Source: Lama guanicoe (Eukaryota). Taken from it: a stretch of 64,000 bases of DNA. A program made the translations under genes and the position numbers. Every line of letters starts with the position of its first letter. Positions within the stretch are counted from its first letter, which is position 1. This document shows, piece by piece, positions 53,755 through 64,000 of this stretch. The stretch covers positions 9,941,231 through 10,005,230 of the forward strand of contig MU054187.1 in NCBI GenBank assembly GCA_013239625.1. Reading direction: 5' to 3'. Below the pieces are notes generated by a model that was not told where the DNA came from, made no database searches, and was given only the letters and a program-made list of their open reading frames with translations.

Positions 53755-54760
53755 GATTTTAGATTGTAGAAAAGTTGCAAACATAGTACAGAGAGTTTCC
53801 ACGTACCCTCATCCAATTCTCCCGTCTTGCGTTACGGGAATATGTTGTCACAACTAAGCTGACATGGAACGTTACATGAACTAAATTCCTGCCTTTATGG
53901 ATTTCTCCAGTTTTTCCATTAATGTCCTCTTTATGTTCCAAGCTTTAGTCAGGACAAGGCACCACACTGCACTTTGTTGTCATGTCTCCCAGTCTCCTCT
54001 GGTCTGGGACAGTTTCTCAGTCTTTCCTTGTGTTTCATGACTGACAATCTAGCGGGTTATTGGCCAAATATCCTGGAGAATGTGCCCCAGTCTACATTTG
54101 TCTGGTGTTTTTGCATCATTAGGTTGGAGTTAAGGGGTTTTGGAAAGAATAGCACAGGGTAGGCTTCTCATCACATCCTGTCAGCGGTACCTGACATCCC
54201 CATGATAGCACTGGAATCATGCAGTCTAACATACTCACAGGTGTTGGGAGGTGGTGGGATTAAACCCCATCTCCTAGAGAATATTATTTAGAATTCTTCT
54301 GTAAGGAAGATTTGTTCCTTCTCTTTATTTAGTTATTTAGCCATTTATTTGTATCATTGTTGTTCCATGTGTATTTCTTTTGTACTTTGAGTTATAATCC
54401 AGTAGTACAGCGTTTATGTTGTTGCTCACGTTGTTGCAGCTTTGGCCATCAGGAGCTCTTTCATGTTGGCTCCTGTGTCTCTTTGACATGTCTCAGCCTT
54501 TTGTGTTTTGAACACTTCCTTCCTTTCTGGTACTATAAGATGCTCCAGGATCATCTTGTGTATTCTCTGCCCTAGCCCTAGAATCAGCCTCTTCCTAAGG
54601 AGTCCTGATTCCTCTTGAAGAATGGTATTTAGAAACCAAGCTCCTAGTAGACAGAGCTAGATAATATATATATATATATGTAACTAAGTCATAAATAGAT
54701 CTGTAGTTGTTCCTGTGTCTGTCAATTTGTATGCACATTAAATTCATACTGCTGTTTCTG
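53755..54760 (-). mobile_element. Old L1 (L1MC/MD-like) 3' region
   Basis: gaaaagttgcaa..agtacagagagtttcc..tttctcagtctttccttgtgtttcatgac..agatgctccagg..cccta gaatcagcc. Confidence 0.75.
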
Positions 54761-56419
54761 ACTGAGCCAGGATGTGGTAGGATTTTAATGTATCATGTTA
54801 ACTTAATTATGCTTTGCTTAGATTTTGTGGGCATTCTCTAGGCATGTGCTGGCTAAGTAAACAAGGTGAGGAAAATTCAAGATATAGACTGGCTGAGTAA
54901 AGTATTGTTAACTCAAGTTGGTAATTTTCAACAATTCTTCCATAGTAAGTGACGTACTTCTAAGGAATTGAGAGGTCAGTGTAGTTTTTCTGTATTTACT
55001 TTCCAGATGTTATAAATACCTTAACCATTGCAGCTTTCCATATTCAGACATGCATATTTAATTAAATGTAATGGATTATTGACATTTTATTTATTTCATT
55101 TTCATTCATAAATTTAAGACTGTGCTCTCTCTTGGCAAACCAAAATTAGAAAGAGAAACCAGGCAGCATTTCAGTTTTCTCATTTGCAAATTTTATGTGA
55201 TAACTTGTCCTCCATGAGATTCTGGTGCTCGGCACCACCAGCCCACATGCAGAGAGATAACTTAATTTCTAACTGAGCAGCCTACTTAATTATTAGCATT
55301 AATGGAAACTAGACAGGAGTCCAATTTAATGGCCTCCTAGAAGCTTTTTCAGTATTTATCTTGCATTTTACTGAGTATCTGTTGCAGTTCCTGTCACCCT
55401 AGGTGGTTCACTATTGAAGGTCTTGGCAAGGTAGTTTTGTGGCGCTGGTGACTCCTTCCTCCCTCAAGGGAAACTCCAGGACAGTGGGGCACTGCCTGTG
55501 AGGATCCCGACTCCTCTGGCCTAGGTGCTTAGGGACGAGTTAGTGCATAAAGAAATGAAGGCAGCAATCTGGCCACTCTCTTACACCTATAGCATAGAGC
55601 CACATTTTGAAAAATAGAGGGGACCCATCTAGGGCCAAGGGAAGCAGCAGATACACTTCATTTCATTTCCAGGGCTAGAGATTAACATCTCTCATCCCTG
55701 TTCTTTTATCATCACTTCCCCAAAGTCCTAGCTGAAAACTCCCTTACTAAGCTACCTGCTTGTTATATTAACTTTCTAGGTCCCACAGGAATCGAGTATT
55801 AGTTAACTAACTTGGTATCAGATTCCCTGAAAGTCCACTGTAAAATCAGTGTTGAGGACTGTGGACAATACCCTTTGGGCAGCATATTAACACCATATTT
55901 CTCAGTATAATTTCTGTTCTAGGCTGAGGGGAAGGTGACATTTATTGAGACCTAGTGCATGTTAAGTACTATGCTGGGTACTTTACAATATATAATTTCA
56001 CTTAATCTCATGCTCAGAAGACCAGCTCTGCTACTTACTCACATTTGACTGTGATTCCATCATCTGTAAGATGTAGGTAATGTCTAGCACAGTCAAATGC
56101 TAGTAAGTAGCAGAGCTGGTCTTTGAATCTTGGTTTCTTTGACCAAAAACTCTAATATCTTTCTACTACATGAACATTTAAGGTAAAGCTAACTCATTTC
56201 TGTTCTTCTAAGATACTTTGCATCTGAGCATTTTGAAAGATTACACCGACTTATAAATAAGCTATTTTTTACTGTAAGGGATTGAAATAACAGCTGTTAG
56301 GATAAATTTTTATAATATACTGTGGTGAAAGATGCCAAATTTTTTGTACTGAGAGTTAAATGTCAACAAGATTTTCTTCCCATAAAACACTTTTATCACA
56401 ATTTGCCACGTATCTGTAG

Positions 56420-56559
56420 GAGAAGAGACAGGAATCCCATGGATGTGTTTGATATGGCTAGACATCGCTTACAGGCTCCTGTCAGAAGACCGTCACCTAA
56501 AGGCTTGGACGCTGCTACTTTTCAGAATATTCATGACTTTAATGAGCTGAAAGATCGAG
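56420..56559 (+). CDS. CSPP1: CSPP1 exon 22 (140 nt): [46 protein letters not shown]
   Basis: tatctgtag acceptor, GAG|gtgagt donor, phase 2 to 1. Confidence 0.94.
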
Positions 56560-57010
56560 GTGAGTAGAATATACTGCTGTCTTAAAGATACAGCAAGAGG
56601 GGTCTACCCATATTCAGGTGTCTTTAAAGACGTTTGTATTGTTTTTCTAAAGTCCGGTTTCATTTATAGTAAAGAGGCCTTGAGAAGAAAAAGATTTAAA
56701 CCATAAAATTGAGCAAATTGAGCCATTCATTTCCCTGTTGCAGCATCTTGTCCTCATTCATTGTGTGCCTTGGTTGTTGATGACTCTTGCTTGTAGAGAG
56801 GAAATTGAGTCTGGAAGCGGGGGAGTCAGGCTCCAGTCCAAGTCCATGTGGCCACAGTCTCTTCTGTTAACTTTGCTCTTAACCATTTTCTAATTCTTAG
56901 CTACTCAGCATGCTTCCCATTTTCCACTATGGATCAAAAGGAGTAATAGTTTTAAGACTTTTTAAATGAGTAGACCATGTTTTTATTCTCAAGATTTCAA
57001 AATTAAGGGT

Positions 57011-57150
57011 TGCAGGGAGGGTAGAGCTCAAGTGGTAGAGCGCTTGGTTAGCATGCATGAGGTCCAGGGTTCAATCCCCAGTACCTCCTCTAAAAATAAA
57101 TAAACCTAGTTACCTCCCCCCACCAAAATAAAAAATAATAATAATTTAAA
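57011..57150 (+). mobile_element. Vic-1-type SINE with 12-bp TSD and A-rich tail
   Basis: gggagggtagagctcaagtggtagagcgc..gggttcaatccccagtacctcc; TSD aaaattaagggt at 56999-57010 and 57151-57162. Confidence 0.9.
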
Positions 57151-57723
57151 AAAATTAAGGGTCAACATTTTCATCCTGATCAATTGATGATTTTTGAACT
57201 TGTGGCGCAGGGGAATTCTTAGACTGCCATTTCCTCCAGCAGTGACACCCTTCCAGAAGCTCTAGCCAGCCTGCATTTATCTCACTTTTTTTTTTTTGGC
57301 ATGATGTTGACAAGGGCTAAAATATTAATTGGCCAGTAACATTATGTTTTAATTTTTCCAGTATATTTTAGGGATCAGTGTCTGGTTCTGGCGTCTGACT
57401 AACTGCTTGGATGTACCTGCACATAGGTGCCCTGCTGCAGGCTCTGGGTGGCGTCTTGGGGGAGTGGGGAAGCTGGGATAGAGAATGTGCAGGAAGCTGC
57501 TGCTTGTGCTGGGGGCTCCCTTACAATGTTAAGTTTGTGAAAAACCATTTATTTAAAGAACATTAATTTCATGTTCATTAATTTTTTGATGATTTTTATG
57601 ATGTCCTTTGACTTTGCTGATGTCCAGTTATTTATACTGTTCCTTGATTTTGAAATCAGGTTGTTATATGTCATTTTTAGTGAAGTTTTATGAAATCTCA
57701 TTTGGAAACAAGATTTAACTTAG

Positions 57724-57897
<174 letters not shown>

Positions 57898-58242
57898 TAA
57901 TCTTTGCTATTTCATATAGTTTCAATGGGTCATTTTTTTGGTTGGTTTTATTTCTCCATCTCTTGTGTGACTTCAGTCTCAGGCACTCCGTGCTCACATG
58001 ATCCTCTTTGGCCTACGGTCCCAGAAAAGATTAAGTCCCAGAGAGGGCCATGATTGGCTTGGCTGGGGTACCTACCCGTGCATGAGAGATGGAGTACCTG
58101 GCCTAGGCCAGGTGACATGTGCACCAAGGGAAGGAATGTTGGGCAGACACATAGTGTCCTGTGGGACATTTCTCAACCATGTCTGTTTGTGTGTGCTTGT
58201 TTTGATATGGTGTCAAATCTGTAAAGCTTCAGACTGGGCTAT

Positions 58243-58369
58243 GAGAGTATTTTTGTATAATCAGTCAAACAACAGATACTTACGAAGTGCCTACTATGAG
58301 CTCAGGAGAGTATTTTTGTATAATCAGTCAAACAACAGATACTTACGAAGTGCCTACTATGAGCTCAGG
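58243..58369. repeat. Perfect 63-bp tandem duplication (2 copies)
   Basis: gagagtatttttgtataatcagtcaaacaacagatacttacgaagtgcctactatgagctcag at 58243-58305 and 58306-58368. Confidence 0.97.
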
Positions 58370-59682
58370 TGCTGACCCATGTCCACAGGATATGGTGATG
58401 AATGACATATGCTGCTGCTCTCACGGAGCTTATACTCTGTTGGAGAAGTTAGATGCTAAATAAGTGTAATGAATGCTGCAAAGAAAAAATCTAGGGTCCC
58501 TTGGGAGTGTGTGGCTGGGGGTGGGGTGGGCACCTGAGGCAGAGTGGGGCTGGTGGACTCAGAAAACATCTCACCAGCTTTGCCTGCCTTCAGGCTATTG
58601 AGGGTCACCATGGAAGACGAGTCATAAAGATGCAGCAGTCAGGTAGCAAGATAGAAGGAGATGGTCCTACCAGTTACTTTTAGGAAAATTTAGGACCCTC
58701 CCTTACCTTAGCAGGCTCCTCTGGCCTGCAGAATCTGAGGAACCTTGTTTGACCACTTGAGAGTTACGCAGGAGTGAGTGATGTAATGCTTTAGGCCCAG
58801 GTGAGAGGTCAAGACTTGGACAAAGACTGATACAGGGACAGTCTTCTCTCCATCTTGTATGGAATGTGTAACAGAGGTCTCATTGATTGCCCTCTGACAG
58901 CAGGATGATCCAAATTCTGTGGTTAATAGTAGACATATCAGGAGAGAAGAGAGAAGCAGGTACAGTCTCAGTCTTTCCACCATTTTGTGAGGAACTTTTC
59001 CTTAGGAGACCTAACTGACGATCTGATGCGATCTTGGCAACTTAGGCCGATAAACCCAAAAGTCATCCCTATGTGGATACAGGTGGATTTTGGCACTGAG
59101 GGTATCCCCAGTTTCTACCAAACACTATAATCACTTAATTCATAAGAATATGGTTAAACTATGAAACAATAAATAAAATATTTTAAGAAGGAATAGAGGC
59201 TATCGTTGGCAGCCTGTCTTTTCCCAAAGGCAGTATCTAAAAAGAAAAATGCACTATTCAGGGGAAAGCATAGGAATGCTGGTGAAATCAGAGAGGGGCC
59301 TTTGGGATACCTGATTCAAAATCTCTGCCCCTGGAATTAGGTACCTGGAATTGAATGTGTCCTTTCAGTTCCACGTTAGGGAGCCCCCTGTTTAACTCCT
59401 CAACAATTTTCTACACAGACATAGAACTTTTGAGAGGAGATGGTTATTTTTCCATAGGCATCAGTTTTAAATTCACAATGATTTAACTTTTTGTTTATGT
59501 GAATTGGAGAATTTTATCCAACTTGTTTAATAAACAAGTAGTATCTTAAAAACATTCAGAAATGCGATAGTTGAAAAGTAATTTCCAATAGAGAGCTAGT
59601 TACAAAAGATACTCTAAATTTATTTTTATTTTTAAAGTATTTTCTAACCCTTTAATTTGTTTCTGCTCTCCACTGACTTCAG

Positions 59683-59732
59683 TTGACTTACTAGATGCTG
59701 TCCCAGGTGCTACAGGACGAGACTACAGAAAG
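59683..59732 (+). CDS. CSPP1: CSPP1 exon 24 (50 nt): (V)DLLDAVPGATGRDYRK
   Basis: ctgacttcag acceptor, AAG|gtaaga donor; phase 1 to 0 bridges exons 23 and 25. Confidence 0.85.
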
Positions 59733-59902
59733 GTAAGAAACCAGTTATAATTTTTCAAGCTTGTTTTTGGGGATAGAAATTCTTAGGAACATGATGAGTA
59801 TTCCCATTTTGAATTCTTCAGGAATATTGAGTTAAGAAAGAATTAAAATCTTGTCCCATCAGTGTAGGGGGTAGCTAGGGATACATCAGTATAATATGTA
59901 GA

Positions 59903-60210
59903 GAAAGCATATTGTAATGGTTAAGAACAAGACTTTAGAGCTAGGCTGCTTAAGTTAGTCTGCAAGGTATTTAATCTTTCTTTGCCTCTATTTCCTAATC
60001 TGTAAAATGGGATGATAGTACCTATCTGAAGGTAGCTATAGAATTAAAATCAATTATTTGCAAGCACTTAGGGACAGGCCTGGCATGTAGTAATTTCTAT
60101 ATAAATTTTGTTAACTAAAAAAATAGCTCAAAGCTTATTGTGAGGATTAAATGAGATTTATATTAAAAGCCCTTGTAGGGCCTGTCCCATAATGAGTTGT
60201 GGTCAGTTAG
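59903..60210 (+). mobile_element. MIR SINE(s)
   Basis: aatggttaagaac..gcctctatttcctaatctgtaaaatgggatgatagtaccta..gcctggcatgtagtaa, followed by a second ttgtgaggattaaatgag segment. Confidence 0.75.
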
Positions 60211-60344
60211 CAGCAGTTGGGCAAATAGGAGTGTACAGTGCAAGTAGTGGTGAGGCCTGTAGAGAAATACCCAGGGTAAGGGCATCACTCCTGTCCTGAG
60301 AAAGCGACATCTATGAAAGACTGATCAAAGGGAGCCGATGAGCT

Positions 60345-61140
60345 ATTTTCATTGAACAAATACTTAAGTGAGTACTTACTGTTGACCAGATACTATTTTA
60401 GTGCTTAGAGCAACAGAGTGAGCAAAAGGAACAAAAATCCTTGCCCTCTGAGGGTGTACTTTCTGGAAAGAGGGTGAGACCGTAAACAAGTAAATAAAAT
60501 ACTTAGCATGTTAAGTCGTGGGGCTGTAGAGAAAGTGATAGCTGGGAAAGGGTGCACTGAGTGGGTGACACTTGAATAAGGTCACCAGGGAGGTGCCATG
60601 AAAAAAACCGAGATGTCCCCGCAGGAGGAACCTCCAGGCCGAGGCCCTGGGCAGGAGCCAGGAGGGGATGGCTGTGTGCAGAGCCTCGGGGGCCATCGGG
60701 TTTTGCCTTTTACACTGTGAATGTGATGAGAAGCTTCCGAAGATTTTGAGCAGAGGAGTGACATGATTTGTTTTATGTTTTAACACTGACGGGGACAGGA
60801 GGCCACTGCTATCATCTAAGTCAGAGCTCTGGTGATTCAGCCTGGGTGGGAGCAGTGGAAGTCGGAAGTGGTTGCATTTATATTGAAAGGAGACCTACCT
60901 GGTAGGATTTTTGACGTCGTGGATATGTGGTACGAGAGGAGTCAGGTGGACTTCAGGCTCTTTGGTTGGTGCTGCTATTTAGAGGTGAAGAAGCAGGGAA
61001 AACAGATTTCAGGGTGAGGGAGAAGGTCGGGAACTTAGATGAGTCATGGTGAGTGTGAGAGAACTACACGACAAACAGGTGGAGCTGGTGAGTCGATAGG
61101 AGATGGAGTTCGGAAAAAGTGTGAGGTTGGAAATAAATGT
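60345..61140 (-). mobile_element. L2 LINE fragment
   Basis: cattgaacaaatacttaagtgagtacttactg..aaatccttgccctc..ttttgagcagaggagtgacatgatt. Confidence 0.75.
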
Positions 61141-61339
61141 AGTCTTCCCCCACGTCAATGATACAGATAGTATTTTATCCCCATTTCCAGATTATAAAAG
61201 TAAGGCTCAGCTAGGCTGTTAGTTGCCCAGCATTACCAGTTGGTAGCTGTTGGTGCTGGGTTTACAACTGATAATGCTAACAAACTGTGTGCCTGGGAGA
61301 GGTATTTGACATTGATTTGCTCCAAAGTTGGCAGCAAGG

Positions 61340-61465
61340 TACGCTCACCTCCATCTCACGTAAGAGGAAACTGCTAGCCGTAGTCACACGGCAGCAAGCA
61401 GCAAAGCCGGCGCTGGAACGCAGGCTGGACTCGAGTCCCTCCTCGTCCTTGCACCACGCTGCCTG
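61340..61465 (-). mobile_element. MIR-like SINE (CpG-rich copy)
   Basis: ctccatctcacgtaagaggaaactg..gtcacacggc..gctggaacgcagg..caccacgctgcct follows reverse MIR architecture. Confidence 0.55.
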
Positions 61466-61599
61466 AGATGTAGGGACACCTTTTCTGAGCACTCTGTAGG
61501 TTTCTCTGTATGTGGCAGCCACACTTCTCAGTGAAAAGATACTGAAATTTAACTTCTGGGATTTTGGTTAAAATCCTGGATTAATAACACTGTATTATA

Positions 61600-61950
61600 C
61601 TGAGTAGAAACTGAGAATAAGCCAACAGTTTATCATGGCTGTTACCAAAAAAGCTAATAAATTTTGGGCTCACCTTCCTAGAAGCTGGATTATATGGAAA
61701 ACACAAGGTAAAATGGGGGGGACTGTCATGGAGAAGATAGAGCTGAGGTGGGCTTCGCGCACTCCTCAGTTAGTGAAGCACGTCATCACCATTACTGTCC
61801 TGTTAGAAAGCAGTAGAGTCAGAATTTAAAACAATTAAATTCAGGATGTAGAAGAATTCTGTGAAAGAAAGAACTTTCTGATTACCAATGCTGTGTATTA
61901 GTGGAATGCATTTCCTTAGAAATTAATGGACAGCTTGTCGATGGGGTGTT
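61600..61950 (+). mobile_element. L3/CR1 LINE fragments
   Basis: ccaaaaaagctaat..gggct and aagaactttctgatt..gctgtg..tggaatg..ccttagaa resemble CR1/L3 RT-end motifs. Confidence 0.5.
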
Positions 61951-62530
61951 CGGATCTAGCACAGCCCAAAAATCTGGTGGGGAGCTGCAGGGAGCTGGTG
62001 TCGGCCGACTTTAGGTTCCTTCCGATATATAAGGTGACGTTGTTCTCTACGGTAGAACTCTCTGTGTGTACATTTCTCTCTCTCTTCAGAGCTCATTACA
62101 GGTCCAACCCTAGCATTATTTTTCTCCCTCCTCTTATGTCCCTGTATGTCTGTGCTATGCCTTTGTGACCTGCTGTCACATGAGGCCGTGAGTATCTGAG
62201 GGCATGCCTTTCTCCCCCCATGGGGCTGTGGTCCACCCCACAGTAGAAACTCTTGCTCATCTTTGCAGCTGCACGTCCTCGCCTGGAGGAACAGTAAGTG
62301 CGTGGCACAGATCTGTTGAGAGAATGAATGAATTGCAACATCAGCAATAAAAGGGTCTTTCCTGTATTTTCTGGGCATCGGATTGTGGTGAAGGAGGGAA
62401 GCTAGCCAGTCCTGTCTCTCCGTCCTCTTCTGCTAATTTTGGGGAGTGTGTAGACTTGTCTCTTAGTACAAATTTGTTTTTCCACACAGGACTAATAAAA
62501 ACAGTCACTGATATATGATGTTTCTTTTAG

Positions 62531-62626
<96 letters not shown>

Positions 62627-63477
62627 TAAATATTGAGCATTATTTATATTTCTTTTGTTTTTCTCCATATTTTAAAAATCAGTACTTTGTTGTGTAAGAT
62701 GGTAAAAAAAGGAATATTTTGTTTTACTACCTTGATAATCAAGTACAACTGACCCAAACACACAAATGAGAACACAAGTGAGACTGGGGACGTTTGCTTA
62801 AGTTCGGGGGATTGCAGCAGTGTCAGTGCGTGGGTGTGGGGCTCCTGCTCCTGTTTTGCAAAATGCCACCATTAGGGGGACTTGGCAAACTGTACAAGAG
62901 ACCTTTATTATTTCTGACACCTGCATGTGAAACCACAATTATCTTAATAAATATTTCAATTTTTAAAAGTCTTCAGAAGGTATGTGAAGGTACAGGAATA
63001 TACCTATAATAGATGCTTGTAATTATGTCCCCTGATCATAAGCACGTCTGCACTAGGGAATCCTCTCTTTTACATATTAAGTGTATTTCATGCCAATTAC
63101 TTTATATTTTCATGTGATCAAAAGTCCAAACCAGCCTATATTTCTTTCGTTTTTTTTTTTTAATTAATTTTTCTTTTCCAAGAAAGTCATAGAGAGTGAG
63201 TAAAGATAGAGAAATCAGTAAGAAATAGGGATGAAAAAATGGCTCATCAGGGAAATGTGACTGTTAATCCTGCTAATAAAGAAGACAGTCTGGGGCACTC
63301 AAGACAGTGTCTTGGAATATTTCATTCATTAACCTTACACTGGACCAGAGCTACACAGTGTGTCTTTTTGATTAAGGGTAACGGTCACCACAAATAGCCC
63401 ATAGTCATGACTGTGTTAACACTGTTTTAGTGAATGTGGGCAAGGCTGGTGTGTCAATGCCTTTTTTTTTTTTCCTG

Positions 63478-64000
63478 ATAATCTAGACGAAATGGACCAG
63501 CTTGTTAAAAGTCCTAATCTGCCAAAAACAATTTGAATAGGCCCAGATTTACTAAAGAATTTGAGAAGTGGGGGAACTGAAGACTTGTCACAGGGTAGTA
63601 GAAACTTTCAGTTTAAGATGAGCAAGTTCTGGGATCTAATGGACAGGATGGTGACTGTAGTTAATACTGTATTTTACACTTGAAAGTTGCTGTGAGCGTA
63701 GAGCTTTAATGTTCTCACCATAACAACAACAACAAAATGGTAATCGTGTGAGGTGAAGGATGTGTCAACTAGCTTTAGTGTGGTAGACATTTCAGTTATC
63801 ACATTGTGCACCTTAACCTTACACAGTGTTATATGTCAATTATATCTCAGTAAAGCTTGAAAAAACTCAAATTGATTGTGGTAACAGTAAAAAAAGAAAT
63901 TGAATTAATAACCTTCCAAAACAAAACAGCAAGCCCAGATGGGTTCCCTGATGAACTCTACCAAACATTTAGGGAATAATTCTACCAGTTCTCTACAACC
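63478..64000 (+). mobile_element. L1 ORF2 fragment interrupted by a nested L1 3' end (about 63565-63892)
   Basis: ataatctagacgaaatggac.. then an L1 3' UTR (ataagtt-like ctgggatctaatg..tatgtcaattatatctcagtaaagc), then aataaccttcca..gcccagatggg..ctaccaaacatttagg. Confidence 0.8.

Noticed and set aside
57014..57088. tRNA gene (tRNA-Ala-like, A and B boxes)
   Set aside because: It is flanked by a TSD and an A-rich tail, and related diverged copies occur three more times. It is a SINE head, not a tRNA gene.
57998..58375. 125-aa ORF with an internal 21-aa repeat as a novel protein
   Set aside because: The repeat is simply the 63-bp DNA duplication. The ORF is intronic, overlaps an L2-like tail and shows no recognisable domain.
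61956..62378. Longest ORF in the track (140 aa, minus strand)
   Set aside because: No recognisable homology, lies in locally GC-richer intron where stops are rarer, and partly overlaps a repeat-like tail (gaatgaatgaat).

Overview
AT-rich mammalian genomic DNA, most likely a camelid (alpaca/llama/camel), judged from four tRNA-derived Vic-1-type SINEs. The whole window lies inside one plus-strand, multi-exon gene, CSPP1 (centrosome and spindle pole associated protein 1, a microtubule-binding centrosome/cilium protein mutated in Joubert syndrome). I reconstructed 25 consecutive internal coding exons by hand between 904 and 62594, 3006 nt in total. They join with consistent phases into one open frame of about 1000 codons ([18 protein letters not shown] ... 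[21 protein letters not shown]). The start and stop codons of the long isoform lie outside the window. Exon numbers used here are window-local. Introns contain ordinary mammalian repeats (L1, L2, L3/CR1, MIR, MaLR/ERVL LTRs, hAT and Tigger DNA elements, lineage-specific SINEs). Family names are from recall, and boundaries without TSDs are approximate. I found no evidence of a novel multi-gene system, CRISPR array or RNA gene, and nearly all ORF-track entries are spurious or exon fragments. The points worth a second look are mostly splicing features: an obligatory GC-AG intron, a 24-nt microexon with an A9 run, a 153-nt symmetric cassette, a CAGCAG tandem acceptor and several candidate unannotated cassette or poison exons. 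Others are a perfect 63-bp tandem duplication, a possible antisense overlap with the neighbouring ARFGEF1 gene and CpG-rich patches inside ancient repeats. Comparisons with human CSPP1 are from memory, not from a database search.
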